The translations under genes and the position numbers were made by a program. This document shows positions 22,501-34,630 of a stretch of 64,000 nucleotides of DNA, one piece after another. Source of the stretch: an uncultured Planctomycetaceae bacterium (GTDB lineage: Bacteria > Planctomycetota > Planctomycetia > Planctomycetales > Planctomycetaceae); contig CAWFAK010000005.1 in NCBI GenBank assembly GCA_963813715.1, forward strand, positions 1,440,001-1,504,000, written 5' to 3'. Positions within the stretch are counted from its first letter, which is position 1, and each line of letters opens with the position of its first letter. The notes below the pieces were generated by a model. That model saw only the letters and a list, made by a program, of their open reading frames with translations. It ran no database searches and had not been told where the DNA came from.

Positions 22501-22628
22501 GGCGCTTCAATGACAAAGAAGGGTCAAAACAGAGCGTTTGGCCCGTTCATGTCAGCGGCGCGCAGCACGCATGTCAATCGTGGCGTTGAGGGCGAGCGTC
22601 GAGGAGAGCTCGAGCGCACCGCGCCGAG

Positions 22629-24074
22629 CTACTCGCACGACTGGAAGCGGACGCTGCCGGCGATGAAGAAGACGACGGCGAAGGCGACCAGCATCATGCA
22701 GCACTCGAAGATCATCCGCGGGTCGGGCGAGGCCTTGCTCAACAGTTCTTCGTAGGCCATCAGCGACCAGGCGTGCGGCGTGGTCAGACTCAGCTCGCGC
22801 ATGGCATCGGGCAGCCATTTGCGGGGAGTGAAGCAGCCGCTGATTCCACCCATGGTGATCACGAGGATGGTGGCGTAGGCCGACACCTGCGATTCGCTGG
22901 TGACGCAGGTGGCGACCAGCAAGCCCAACGCGGTCGCCGCCATCGACGTGCAGAAAATCACCGGCAACAGCATCAGTGGGTAAGCACCCCACGAGAAATC
23001 AAAAATGATCCGGCCGCAAACGAAGAGCAGCAGCGTCTGGGCGACGGACAGGATCAGGAACGGCATCGTTTTGCCGGAGAGGATCGAAATCGGCCGCACC
23101 GGCGCAATTCGCAGGCGGCGAAGCGTCCCCTGCTCCCGCTCGTGGAGCACCGAGCGAGCCATGAAGCTCACGATGAAGAAGACAAAGAACACCGTGTACG
23201 ACGGCACGATGGCGTTGTAGACCTCTTCGCTGCGGACGATGGGACGGGGCGTCGACGCTTCGGGCTGCAGGTTCGGCTTGTCGTTCTCTTCGTCGAACTG
23301 CGCGCAGGTCGTCGACATGAACCGTCGGTGCAGCGAGTAGCGACACATGACCGGCGGAACGATCGTTTTAAAGACGACCGAGAACGCCAGTTGCTCGATC
23401 AGCGAGTGCGTGCTCGATTCGGGCTCGCGGCTGATGAGCGACACGTCGAGCGAGCCGAGTCCGTCTTTCAATTGGTTGTCGAGGATGTCGCCCGGCTTGA
23501 GATGGCTCACTTGCCGGTAAAAGTTCGGGCCGATCACCAGGGCGGCGTTCACGGAGCCGTTGTCGACTTCGGTCTGCGCCCGGTCCGGAGTGAGGATTTC
23601 TTTAATCTCGAAACCGCCCCGCTGCTGCAGTTCGTTAATCACTTTGACAATGATGTTGCGGGCGATTTTCTTCTGCGTGATTTTTTCTTCGGCGTCGAGC
23701 GTTTCGGCCGAGCTCTTGGCGACGGCTGTTGCCGGTTCGTTCCCGTCAGCCGGTTTGGCCTCGGTCGGCTTGGTCTCGGTCAATTTAGTCTCGGGCGGCT
23801 TGTCGTCGGCGGACTTGGTGTCGCTCGACTTGCTCGCGCCCTTGCTGTCCGAGTCATCGTCGTCCCAGCCCGCCTGGCCGATCTGCTCATACGCGACGGC
23901 ATCGACGACCCCGACCTTGAGCACCTGGTTGGTGTTCTTCCAACCGAGCAGCTTGCCCATCGTCAGGCCGATGATCGTGATGAACACCAACGGCAGCACG
24001 AGCAGCACAAAGAGCGCTCGGGCGTCGCGAAGGAGGATCTTCAGATCCTTCCTGGTGATTTCCCACGCTTTCAT
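22629..24074 (-). CDS. ABC-2 type exporter permease
   Basis: KDLKILLRD N-terminus, TM1, large extracytoplasmic loop, EREQGTLRRL, further C-terminal TMs. Confidence 0.9.
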   Translation of the reverse strand: MKAWEITRKDLKILLRDARALFVLLVLPLVFITIIGLTMGKLLGWKNTNQVLKVGVVDAVAYEQIGQAGWDDDDSDSKGASKSSDTKSADDKPPETKLTETKPTEAKPADGNEPATAVAKSSAETLDAEEKITQKKIARNIIVKVINELQQRGGFEIKEILTPDRAQTEVDNGSVNAALVIGPNFYRQVSHLKPGDILDNQLKDGLGSLDVSLISREPESSTHSLIEQLAFSVVFKTIVPPVMCRYSLHRRFMSTTCAQFDEENDKPNLQPEASTPRPIVRSEEVYNAIVPSYTVFFVFFIVSFMARSVLHEREQGTLRRLRIAPVRPISILSGKTMPFLILSVAQTLLLFVCGRIIFDFSWGAYPLMLLPVIFCTSMAATALGLLVATCVTSESQVSAYATILVITMGGISGCFTPRKWLPDAMRELSLTTPHAWSLMAYEELLSKASPDPRMIFECCMMLVAFAVVFFIAGSVRFQSCE

Positions 24075-24143
24075 AGCGGTCTTTTGCTTGCAGTCTGTTG
24101 ATTACGGTGGACGGTTTTAGCGGCGAGCCGGAGTCGGTGCTGG

Positions 24144-25094
24144 TTAGTCCCGCAAGCGGCTGCCGGTCATTTGCAGGAACAGTCGCTCGAGGTTGGCATC
24201 GTTGGTCTTCACGGCACGCAGGTCGACGTGCGACTGATCGAGCAGTTGCAAAATTCGCGTAAGCGTTTCGTTGAGCCGGTCTTTCTCCTCGACCGATCCC
24301 CGCGGCACGACAATCGTCGCCGAGCCGTTGTGACCTTGTTCGATCCGACCCAAAGGTCCCAGCTTGGCGGCCAGGCCGTTGGTCGGACGCGAAACCCGCA
24401 GACACAGGTCGGCACTCAGGCGACTGAGCAGCGTCTGCAAATTGTCGCAGGCGAGCACGCGGCCTCGATCGACGATGGCCACACGCGTGCAGAGCGCCTC
24501 GACCTCTTCCATGTAATGGCTGGCGTAAACGGAGGCGACGCCTTCGGCACTCAGCGCCCGCACGCAGTCGAGCAGGTGGGCTCGCGACTGCGGATCGACG
24601 CCCACCGTGGGCTCGTCGAGGATCAGGAGTCGCGGCCGATGCAACAGGGCCACGCCGAAGTTGAGCCGGCGCTTCATACCGCCGGAAAAATTCTCCGCCC
24701 GGTCGTTCGCGCGGCCGGTGAGCCCGGTGCGCTCCAGAGATTCATTGATTCGTTGTTTGAGAGTCCGCCCCTTGATGCCGTAGAGGCGGCCGAAAAAGTC
24801 GAGGTTCTCCCGCGCCGACAAATCGGGGTAGATCGCCAGATCTTGCGGCACCACTCCGAGCGCCTGGCGGAGGTCGCGGTTTTCGGGCGACAGCTCGCGC
24901 CCCTCGAGGCGGATCGCGCCCGAGTCGGGTGCGAGCAGGCCGACGATCATGTTCATCGTCGTCGACTTGCCGGCGCCGTTGGGCCCGAGGAGGCCGAAGA
25001 CCTCGCCGGGGGCAACCGAAAAGCTCACGTCTTCAACGGCGACCAGGTTGCCGAAGGTCTTCCGGAGATTGCAGACTTCAAGGAGGTTCATCAC
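24144..25094 (-). CDS. ABC transporter ATP-binding protein
   Basis: GPNGAGKST, FSGGMKRR, LILDEPT. Confidence 0.95.
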   Translation of the reverse strand: MMNLLEVCNLRKTFGNLVAVEDVSFSVAPGEVFGLLGPNGAGKSTTMNMIVGLLAPDSGAIRLEGRELSPENRDLRQALGVVPQDLAIYPDLSARENLDFFGRLYGIKGRTLKQRINESLERTGLTGRANDRAENFSGGMKRRLNFGVALLHRPRLLILDEPTVGVDPQSRAHLLDCVRALSAEGVASVYASHYMEEVEALCTRVAIVDRGRVLACDNLQTLLSRLSADLCLRVSRPTNGLAAKLGPLGRIEQGHNGSATIVVPRGSVEEKDRLNETLTRILQLLDQSHVDLRAVKTNDANLERLFLQMTGSRLRD

Positions 25095-25537
25095 GTCAGA
25101 TTTCTTCGCGTCGGCAAAGTCCGAACGTTGTCCGCGACCGTGTGACGGGTAATTTAAGTCATCGTCATTTCAATCGATCCGAATCTACGTGGACGGAAAC
25201 CGCGGACGCTTAACGGCGGCAAAGCGAGCCGACGAAGCCGGTTCGAACGATCAACGTCGATGAACAGTGCCAGCGGGGTTTCGGCAAGCACGGCTGAGTC
25301 TGCGGATGAGCCAAATTATTGGGGCAGGCGGCCGGTTGACCCCCGAACAGTTGGCAGACGATTGGCCGGCCGCGGCGCGGCGGACAAGGCAAGAGAGGGC
25401 CGCGGACCGCTGCGCGTGACGTGTCGCCGCGCCCATAGAGAAGGGAGTGATAAGGAGGCCGGCTTCTCAACTCGTTGCAATTCCAACCTGCACGGCTAGG
25501 ATACAACCAGCGCACGGCTTCCAAAGGATCCTCTCAC

Positions 25538-27367
<1,830 letters not shown>

Positions 27368-27435
27368 TCGCCCCACCACGACTCGACCTGGCACTCCTCG
27401 AATTGCGGGGCCGTCAACGGGCGTGGAGCATCCCA

Positions 27436-27645
27436 ATGGCAGACCTGGCAATTGCTTTGATCCCCCTAATCGTCCTATTCGCCCTCATGGTGATGCTGAT
27501 CGGGACGAGCGCCCATTTTCAGCGCAAAAAATCCCTGAAATTGCAAGTTGAGACGAACGAGCTGCTGCGAGAGCTTATCGCAGAGTTTCGCGCAGGCGGT
27601 CAAGCCCCGGAACCGCAGCCAGCCTTGCAGAAACTTTCAAACTGA
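27436..27645 (+). CDS. Small single-TM hypothetical protein
   Basis: GGAG RBS; MADLAIALIPLIVLFALMVMLIG followed by a basic/amphipathic helix. Confidence 0.55.
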   Translation: MADLAIALIPLIVLFALMVMLIGTSAHFQRKKSLKLQVETNELLRELIAEFRAGGQAPEPQPALQKLSN

Positions 27646-27720
27646 CCCACTGCCCCACCGCGCCCTCCCTCCGACTTGCCCGCCTGAATTCTGCGTCTGA
27701 CCGCAAGAACCCAGCCTTTG

Positions 27721-28962
27721 ATGTTCAGTACCCGCCGAGAATTCCTCGCAGGTTCCGCTTCATCTCTGGCGCTCGCCGCCTACGGTCGGCGTGCGCAATC
27801 CGCCGGTCGCGGAAAGACCGACGCTCCCGGACGGCTGTTGTTCACTTCGCAGGGCAAAACGGGCATCGTCAACACCGACGGTAGCGGACTGCGCTATTTC
27901 GACTTCAAGGTTCCCAAGCAGGCGACGTGGCAACCCTCGCTGACATTCAGCGACGGCCACCGAATCGTCTTTTTGAGCATGGAGCCGCGGCGCGACGGGC
28001 CGGGTCGGCCGTTCTCGCAGTACTACTCGCAGACGCCGACGCACATTTGGATCCACGACCTCAAGTCGGGTTCACTCGAGGAAATCTGCACCAAGAATCG
28101 GCTGGCCTCCTTCGAGACGCCCAGCTTGCTCGTGGGCGACGACCGAATTCTGGTGCAGGTCGTCCGCGATATGGTCGGTCAGGTCTACAGCATGCGTCTC
28201 GACGGCAGCGACGCGCGCGAGTTCACCCGCGTAAACGAAGGAATGCCGTACGGATTCAACTTGTCGCCTGACCGCATGCGCGTCGCCTTCCATCTGGGCG
28301 GGGGTGAGGGGTACCAGGTTTGGACGAGTGACCTGGAGGGCAAGCAGCGGATTCGCATTGCCGCAAAGCCGGGACATTTGTACTTCGGCCCGAGCTGGTC
28401 GCCCGACGGGCGATCGATCGCGTTCGTCGATTGCCAGCCCGGAGAGGAGCCGGGACACGATTGGGCCGACGTTTGTGTCGCACACGCGGACGGCAGCGGA
28501 TACCAAACCGTCACGACAGGCAAGCAGATGTGGTTTTACGCGACCTTTGGCGATCTCAAGAGGCGGGGCGGTGGATCAAACCTGCTGGGCTGGACGACGA
28601 ACGGCGAAATTCTGTTCCCGCGACGTTCTGCCGGCTCGGAGGTCGCGTGGAGATACCAAGCCGCGCGGCCCGACGTCGACCATTTCAATCGCGACTATCA
28701 TCCCGAGTTGGCACGCGGCGGCACCGAGATTTGCTTGCTCAATCCGGTAACGGGTCATGCGGTCGGAGTCTCGAAGACCTCCCGTCCGTTCTGGGATTTT
28801 CGACCGACCCAGTCGCGGGACGGACGATTTATCGCGTTCTGCCGCGCCGCAACGGGTCACGCCCCAGAGCTCTGGGTCATAAATTCCGACGGATCGAACC
28901 CGCGATTGATCACACGCGGCGTCGATGATCGAGGAGTCGAATACCCGCGCTGGCTGACCTGA
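27721..28962 (+). CDS. Tat-exported TolB/PD40-like beta-propeller protein
   Basis: STRREFL signal; PSWSPDGRSIAF, LSPD, SRDGRFIAF, DGSNPR blades. Confidence 0.82.
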   Translation: MFSTRREFLAGSASSLALAAYGRRAQSAGRGKTDAPGRLLFTSQGKTGIVNTDGSGLRYFDFKVPKQATWQPSLTFSDGHRIVFLSMEPRRDGPGRPFSQYYSQTPTHIWIHDLKSGSLEEICTKNRLASFETPSLLVGDDRILVQVVRDMVGQVYSMRLDGSDAREFTRVNEGMPYGFNLSPDRMRVAFHLGGGEGYQVWTSDLEGKQRIRIAAKPGHLYFGPSWSPDGRSIAFVDCQPGEEPGHDWADVCVAHADGSGYQTVTTGKQMWFYATFGDLKRRGGGSNLLGWTTNGEILFPRRSAGSEVAWRYQAARPDVDHFNRDYHPELARGGTEICLLNPVTGHAVGVSKTSRPFWDFRPTQSRDGRFIAFCRAATGHAPELWVINSDGSNPRLITRGVDDRGVEYPRWLT

Positions 28963-29050
28963 GACGCGAGCGCTTTACAAAAAAGCATCGGCAGGACCTT
29001 GCGATCCTGCCGATGCGTTCGATTCCTGGCTAGCGGAGCGTAGCGAAGTT

Positions 29051-30260
29051 TTACCAGGTGAATCCGGTCGCGACCGTAAAGCCGACCAAGTTGTTCTCCA
29101 CGGTTCCGATCGAGCCGTTGGATTGGGCGGCCCCGGTGCCAGAGACAGCAAACGAACTGCTGGAGGCCGAACCGTCGTTGCCCAAGTTCCAGTACTGGTA
29201 CTCGACGGCAACGCGGAAGAAGGCGCACATCGGCAGGCACTTCAGCTCGTGGTCCCACTCGACGCCGGCCAAAGCCTCGACGATGAACGCGGTGTCCCAA
29301 TTATCGGAAAACGCGCGTATTCGTCGATGTTGCGGCACCGTCGACTTCGGTGACGGTGGCCTGGGTCTGAACCGTGCGCTCGGCCTCGCCCCACAAGACT
29401 GAGCCGCGAACCCCGTAGACGAGGTTGAGGCAGCCGTCGCAGGTCAGGGGCGTCCGACCCAGGAAGCCAACGGTGATACCAGCACCGTTGAACGTGAACT
29501 TGGTAAAGGCGCTGGTATTGAAGATTTCGGCGGGCGTGTTGTCGCGTGTGAGGTCGACAGCCTGGCCGGCCTCGAACGAAGCGTAGCGGGCGCCGAGAAA
29601 GCCGGTGAACTTATTGCCGCAGTAGCACAACGAATAGGTGCCTTCCAGGTCGACGGTGTACGCCTTGATGCGATCCATCGTGTACTGGCCGGTCGCACCG
29701 ACCGGGAGACTCTCCCACGGGTCGAGCCGGTTCGTCGAATCGCTCATATACCAGAAGCGACCCTCGATGCCCCAGCAATCCTCCTGGACGCCGGCCCAAA
29801 TTCGCGGCGAGAAGGTGAACTGGTCGAAGACCTGGCTGTTGCCTTGCTCGAACGTCGTGCCGGGGGGGGTCGTTTCTATCGACGAATCGACGACCATTCC
29901 CCGAGTTTGCACGTGGAAGATGGTCGCCTCGACGCCCGCGTTGAAAACGCACTTGGGCTCACAGAACGGTTCGCCAAATGTGTTGCAGCAGTTCGGCGGC
30001 GCCGGGCAAACTGACGAGGCGCAAGGAGCCGGCGCCGGGGCCGGCTGATTGCCGACACAGGGGGCCGAGGTGTCCATCGTCGCGTTCGTGGTGATCACCT
30101 TGGAATCACCGCTGTCCTGCGTCGCCGAGGTGAGAGAGTAATCCTCGAAGATCTTGGCAGGCGGGTCGTCGGACGCCGCAGCGTCCCCCGCCTGGGCGCA
30201 CAGCGGCAGGCACACAACGAGTGGCGCCGCGAACGCCAATTTCTTGAACAGTCCTTTCAT
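29051..30260 (-). CDS. Outer-membrane beta-barrel (BBP7-like), frameshift ~29310
   Basis: Signal peptide, Cys/Pro-rich linker, alternating beta strands (SPRIWAG, GIEGRFW, GARYASF); the second frame ends GFTVATGFTW. Confidence 0.72.
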
Positions 30261-31056
30261 TGGTTTACTCCGTTGATTCCGTTCATACGGTTACTGGACA
30301 ACTGGATGACCGCAAGGTTTCTCGCTCCGCTTGCCTTGCGGGATACAGCGACCATCTGGCCCTGCAGACCCGTCATCGGCGGCGATTGACGTATCAAGCG
30401 GCTTGCTCCGGTTGCTGCGCGAAATCCAAACGCTCGGATTCCGCACAGAGTGACGTTCGTGACCATCGTCCTCGATCTGCCGACTGCAACACGAATATGG
30501 CGCGTGGCGGTAGATGCGGCAGATCCGTGAAGTTCGATACGACGTGGACAACCGGACCCTCGCGACGCTCGTTTCCCGCAAATTCGCGCCTTCGTGGCAA
30601 TCGGGCTCAACTTGGCGGCGGAGCGTGCGCGAAATTGGCGTCGCACGGATGGGGAATCGTCCAGACCGCTCGACCGTCGCTCTATCGCGGCACGAGCACG
30701 GAACCGGTGTTTACGTCGGTGCGAGACCAGGATTGCAGACTTGCCATTGCTTCGCGCGGAGTGACCGAGGGAGATGTCCGAACAGTGAGGCTTTGCCGGT
30801 TGCGTAATTCCGCTGGACCTTTTCGCCTGCGAGAACCCTGCCGACTGTACTGTTCCGGTTTTGACGAAAAGGCGCGGCGTATCGATTTTGCGAGTCATAA
30901 CGACGCCCGTCCGGATCGATTCTAAGACGAACGATCGTGGTCGTCGGCGGCGCATCGCGCCAGGGAAGCCGAGGTCACCATCGGCGGAGGCTTGCCGGCA
31001 AAATCTGCCGGCCCGGCACCGCGAAACTAAAGTGCTTTGGGCACTGGGGGAACACC

Positions 31057-32553
31057 ATGGAGGGTGGCCGCTCGATTCTTGGATATCCGGCACGGCTGCT
31101 GGCCGGCCGGGGGCGAGTTCTCGCCTGCAGTCTGCTGGCGGCGACCGCCGCGGCGGGCTCGTCGCGCGTCTGGGCCGACGACTCGGCGGTGCTGCGAACG
31201 CTGGCTCAGCGATTCGATTCACCAGTGAGCGTCTTTACCGAAGACGAGATCGCGGTCCCCTTCAATCAAACGGTGGCGCCCGGCCGCGTTTACGTGCGGC
31301 CGGTCGAAGCGCCGCCGTCTCTTGAATTGGAGATGGTGGCGCCGCAAGTGACGCCGATCTTCGTCCAGGCGCCCCGCGTTGTGGTCGCGCCGCCTCCGCC
31401 GCTCGGCCTGGCCATGGAAGCGCCCGTCGTCGTCCCGCAACGGATTGCGATGCGGAATCTTGATCCGCCTGCGCTTTCGCTGAGCGTGGCAGAACCGCCG
31501 GTGGTCATTCCGCCGCCGATCATCCAGACTCCGGCCGGTTACGCGCACTTCAACTCGCCCCAGGCCGACACCGTCTCGTCCGACGCGCTGCAGGTCGCCG
31601 GCTTGACCATGGCTTCCGCGGACCAACCGCCGCCGGCGCCGCCGGTTGACGGATCGACGCCTTCTCCCAACGCTGGCTCCCTCGGCCAGGTGGAGAAGCT
31701 GGGGGACGCGCCGCCGAGCAATTCGCTCGTCTTCTTGCGGACGCAGCAGGCCATCCTGCTCGAACCCGGCAAATGCCAGTTTGACTGGGGCCTCTCTTAC
31801 AGCGTCTTCAACGAGGACTTTGCCGTGCCCGAGTTCAACCACTCGGGAGCCCTCGTCAACGTCGCCACCGAACGCGAGCGGCTGCGGCTGCTGACAATTC
31901 CCTTCGCCGTGCGCTACGGAGTCTGTGACGGGTTGCAAGCCTACCTGAACGTGCCGCTGGGCTGGGCCAACGCGGAAGAAACGAACACCGACGGCGGCAG
32001 CGTCAACAACAACTTCGGCGGCACGGGCGACATCTCGGGCGGCTTCAGCGTCCAACTGATGAAGGGCTGCGGCGCCTGGGTGCCCGACGTGATCGGCTCG
32101 CTCGGCTTCGTCGCTCCCACCGGCCACGCCACGTTCGCGACGTCGCTGGTAGCCTCCAGCAGCTTCCTGGGTCAGGGGTTCTGGGACATCACCACGAATT
32201 TTATCGCCGTCCATACGCTCGATCCGGTGATCTTCTACTACGGCGGCGGTTACGTGCACCGCTTCGAGAACAACATCGACGGCGTGACCGTCAACCCGGG
32301 TGAGGAGTTCGACTACCTCTTCGGCGTCGGCTTTGCCGCCAACTCGTGGGTGACCATCAGCGGCACTCTCCTGGGCTCGACGATCACGCGCTACGGCGCT
32401 AACGGCGTCACCATCCCGGGCAGCGATCAGGATCCGATGCGTTTCCGCATCGCGGTCACCGTGGTGAAAGACAGTCGCATCTGCGAACCGTTCGCCGAGA
32501 TTGCCATGACGCCCGACGCGCCGTCGCGTGTCGGCATCACGTTCACGTACTGA
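31057..32553 (+). CDS. Outer-membrane beta-barrel transporter (Phenol_MetA_deg / FapF-like)
   Basis: Signal peptide, Pro-rich N-region, LLEPGKCQFDWGLSY, AVRYGV, GGTGDISGG, APTG, LGQGFW, NPGEEF, C-terminal aromatic residue (VGITFTY). Confidence 0.72.
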   Translation: MEGGRSILGYPARLLAGRGRVLACSLLAATAAAGSSRVWADDSAVLRTLAQRFDSPVSVFTEDEIAVPFNQTVAPGRVYVRPVEAPPSLELEMVAPQVTPIFVQAPRVVVAPPPPLGLAMEAPVVVPQRIAMRNLDPPALSLSVAEPPVVIPPPIIQTPAGYAHFNSPQADTVSSDALQVAGLTMASADQPPPAPPVDGSTPSPNAGSLGQVEKLGDAPPSNSLVFLRTQQAILLEPGKCQFDWGLSYSVFNEDFAVPEFNHSGALVNVATERERLRLLTIPFAVRYGVCDGLQAYLNVPLGWANAEETNTDGGSVNNNFGGTGDISGGFSVQLMKGCGAWVPDVIGSLGFVAPTGHATFATSLVASSSFLGQGFWDITTNFIAVHTLDPVIFYYGGGYVHRFENNIDGVTVNPGEEFDYLFGVGFAANSWVTISGTLLGSTITRYGANGVTIPGSDQDPMRFRIAVTVVKDSRICEPFAEIAMTPDAPSRVGITFTY

Positions 32554-32631
32554 TCGGATCGACGATCGCGCCAAACAGCCAGGCATCGCCTCATTCGTCA
32601 GATAGCCGGGCGCCAGAGCGAAAGCTGCGAT

Positions 32632-33423
32632 ATGACCGCGGTTAAAAATCATCGCTGGAAGCGGATCGTCGCGGGGCCCATCGTCTTGAGCGTGGCCCTC
32701 GGCGTGGGGCACTCGGTCTGTCCGAGCGCGAGCCGGGCGGGCGTACAGTACAAACCAATCCCGCCCAGCGACGACCCAACCGAAATGCGGGCCCCGATTC
32801 GCGATCCGCAGCACGTCTTTTGGAAAGGCGTGTGGAGCTGGCGCGAGCTCAAAGACAAAAACGTCGTCAAGCAGAACCGCGACTATTCGTGCGGTGCGGC
32901 TTCGCTGTGCACGTTGCTCAAGTACTACTGGGGCGACAACGTCACCGAGCAGAAGATTCTCGACACAGTCGACAAGATGCTCACGCCGGAGGAACGCAAA
33001 GAACGGATTCAAAACGGCCTCTCGCTGACCGACCTTCGAAAAGTCGCCGTGAAGCTCGGCTACGTCGCCAGCATCGGCACACTCACGTTCGATCAGCTCT
33101 CGCAGTCGAAGATCCCCGTGCTGGTCGGCATGAAGATCGGCAAGTTCTATCACTTCGCCGTCTATCGCGGCACGGACGGGTACTGGGTCTATCTGGCCGA
33201 TCCGGCCCGCGGCAACTTCCGCGGCCCTGTCAAAGAATTCGTCGACACCTGGCAGAAGAATGCCATCCTCGTCGTCGCCAAGAAGGATCAGGACATCAAG
33301 GAGGATTCTCCGTTGAGCCTCAAGGCCGAGGACATCTATCTCGGCACGCTCAACCGCCTGATGTTCGAGCGGCTGATTAGCCAACCCTTGGGTGCCACGC
33401 TGCCGTCGGCCAGCGCACGCTGA
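32632..33423 (+). CDS. Stand-alone secreted C39 cysteine peptidase (FapD-like)
   Basis: Signal peptide; VVKQNRDYSCGAASLCTLL (Q, C), YHFAV (H), YLADPARGN (D); no ABC domain. Confidence 0.88.
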   Translation: MTAVKNHRWKRIVAGPIVLSVALGVGHSVCPSASRAGVQYKPIPPSDDPTEMRAPIRDPQHVFWKGVWSWRELKDKNVVKQNRDYSCGAASLCTLLKYYWGDNVTEQKILDTVDKMLTPEERKERIQNGLSLTDLRKVAVKLGYVASIGTLTFDQLSQSKIPVLVGMKIGKFYHFAVYRGTDGYWVYLADPARGNFRGPVKEFVDTWQKNAILVVAKKDQDIKEDSPLSLKAEDIYLGTLNRLMFERLISQPLGATLPSASAR

Positions 33424-33583
33424 TTGCCGCAGATTTCTGGCAACGCGGTCTCGGACCGAGCGGTATCACTTCGGGCTCCCTCACGAAAATTGCCCGACTC
33501 GCCAGATTGCACCATCGCCCGGGCTTCTTGTGTCGTAGCCTGGAGGACACACGCAACGCGGGGCGAAGTGGGCGAAGATCGGC

Positions 33584-34582
33584 ATGCCGGGTCAGGAAAT
33601 CGACGAACGGGCGGCCAGCGCACGGGGCACGATTGAGGCGACTGCCCCAGCCGTCAGCGAACGCCCAGCCGCCAGCGAACGCTCGGTCGCCGGCCTGCTC
33701 TTCGGCCTGGCGACCTATGTCTACTGGGGATTTCAGCCCCTGTATTTCAAGCTCGTGCAGTCGGTGCCGCCGGCGCTCCTGGTCGCACATCGCACCGCCT
33801 GGTGCGCGATCTTCATGGTCCTCCTGCTCACGGCCCTGCGGAGCTGGGGCGATTTTTTGCGCTGCGCCGCCTCGAAACGCCTGCTGCTCTTGCTGACGTG
33901 CAGCTCACTCCTCTTGGCGACCAACTGGTTGATTTACATCGCGAGCGTCGTGAACGGCCAAATGGTCGAGACGAGCCTCGGCTACTACATCAATCCCCTG
34001 TTCAGCGTGTTCCTGGGGATCGTCTTTTTGCACGAGCGGCCGGGAAGGTTGCAGACCGTCGCCATTCTGCTCGCGGCGCTCGGCATTGCGTACCTCGTCT
34101 GTCGGTTGGCCTACGTTCCGTGGCTCGCGCTCGGTGTCGCCGGAACATTCGGCCTGTATGGACTCGTCCGCAAAGTGGCGCGGGTCGAATCGCTGACGGG
34201 TCTCACGCTCGAAACGTTGCTCTTGTTCCCGCTGGCGGCTGGATATCTCACGTGGCAGTCGATCAGCGGGACCGACATCTTCGGCGGTTTCGGCGGCGGC
34301 GGTCGCGTCCTGGTGCTCGCCAGTGGAGCGATCACGGCGATACCGCTCTTGTTCTTCGGAGCGGCGGCGCGGCGGTTGCCGTTGTCTACGCTCGGATTTC
34401 TTCAATTCGTCTCGCCGAGCTTGCAGCTGGCCCTGGCTGTCTTGGCGTACGGCGAACCCTTCACCTTCCATCACGCCGTGAGTTTTGGCCTGATCTGGAT
34501 CGCGCTGGCCCTGTTCACGGCCGAAACGGTGCTGTCTCGCCGCCGAATGCGCGAGGCAATTCCACAGCCGCCGGCTCGTTAA
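33584..34582 (+). CDS. rarD: EamA-family transporter RarD
   Basis: YVYWGFQPLYFK, NWLIYI, ETSLGYYINPL, YGLVRK, LSTLGFLQFVSP. Confidence 0.9.
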   Translation: MPGQEIDERAASARGTIEATAPAVSERPAASERSVAGLLFGLATYVYWGFQPLYFKLVQSVPPALLVAHRTAWCAIFMVLLLTALRSWGDFLRCAASKRLLLLLTCSSLLLATNWLIYIASVVNGQMVETSLGYYINPLFSVFLGIVFLHERPGRLQTVAILLAALGIAYLVCRLAYVPWLALGVAGTFGLYGLVRKVARVESLTGLTLETLLLFPLAAGYLTWQSISGTDIFGGFGGGGRVLVLASGAITAIPLLFFGAAARRLPLSTLGFLQFVSPSLQLALAVLAYGEPFTFHHAVSFGLIWIALALFTAETVLSRRRMREAIPQPPAR

Positions 34583-34630
34583 GCCCAACGCCGTCGACAC
34601 GCTGGCTCCTATCGCCAGCGAAAAGACGGC

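Noticed and set aside
25270..25450. TPP riboswitch upstream of thiC
   Set aside because: Only fragments (GGGG...GCTGAG, GACCC..GAAC) are visible; the CTGAGA and ACCTGA...TAAT...GCG.AGG core is not, so it is not called without a covariance search.
30260..31056. ORFs 30260-30925 (+) and 30257-31222 (-) in the gap between the two barrel genes
   Set aside because: Arg/Ser/Cys-rich translations without protein-like features; more likely a divergent regulatory region.
31219..33384. Long antisense ORFs (e.g. 721 aa here; also 25496-27241, 52872-54560, 8651-10099)
   Set aside because: Shadow ORFs opposite well-supported genes, expected from GC-rich codon bias; no recognisable motifs.
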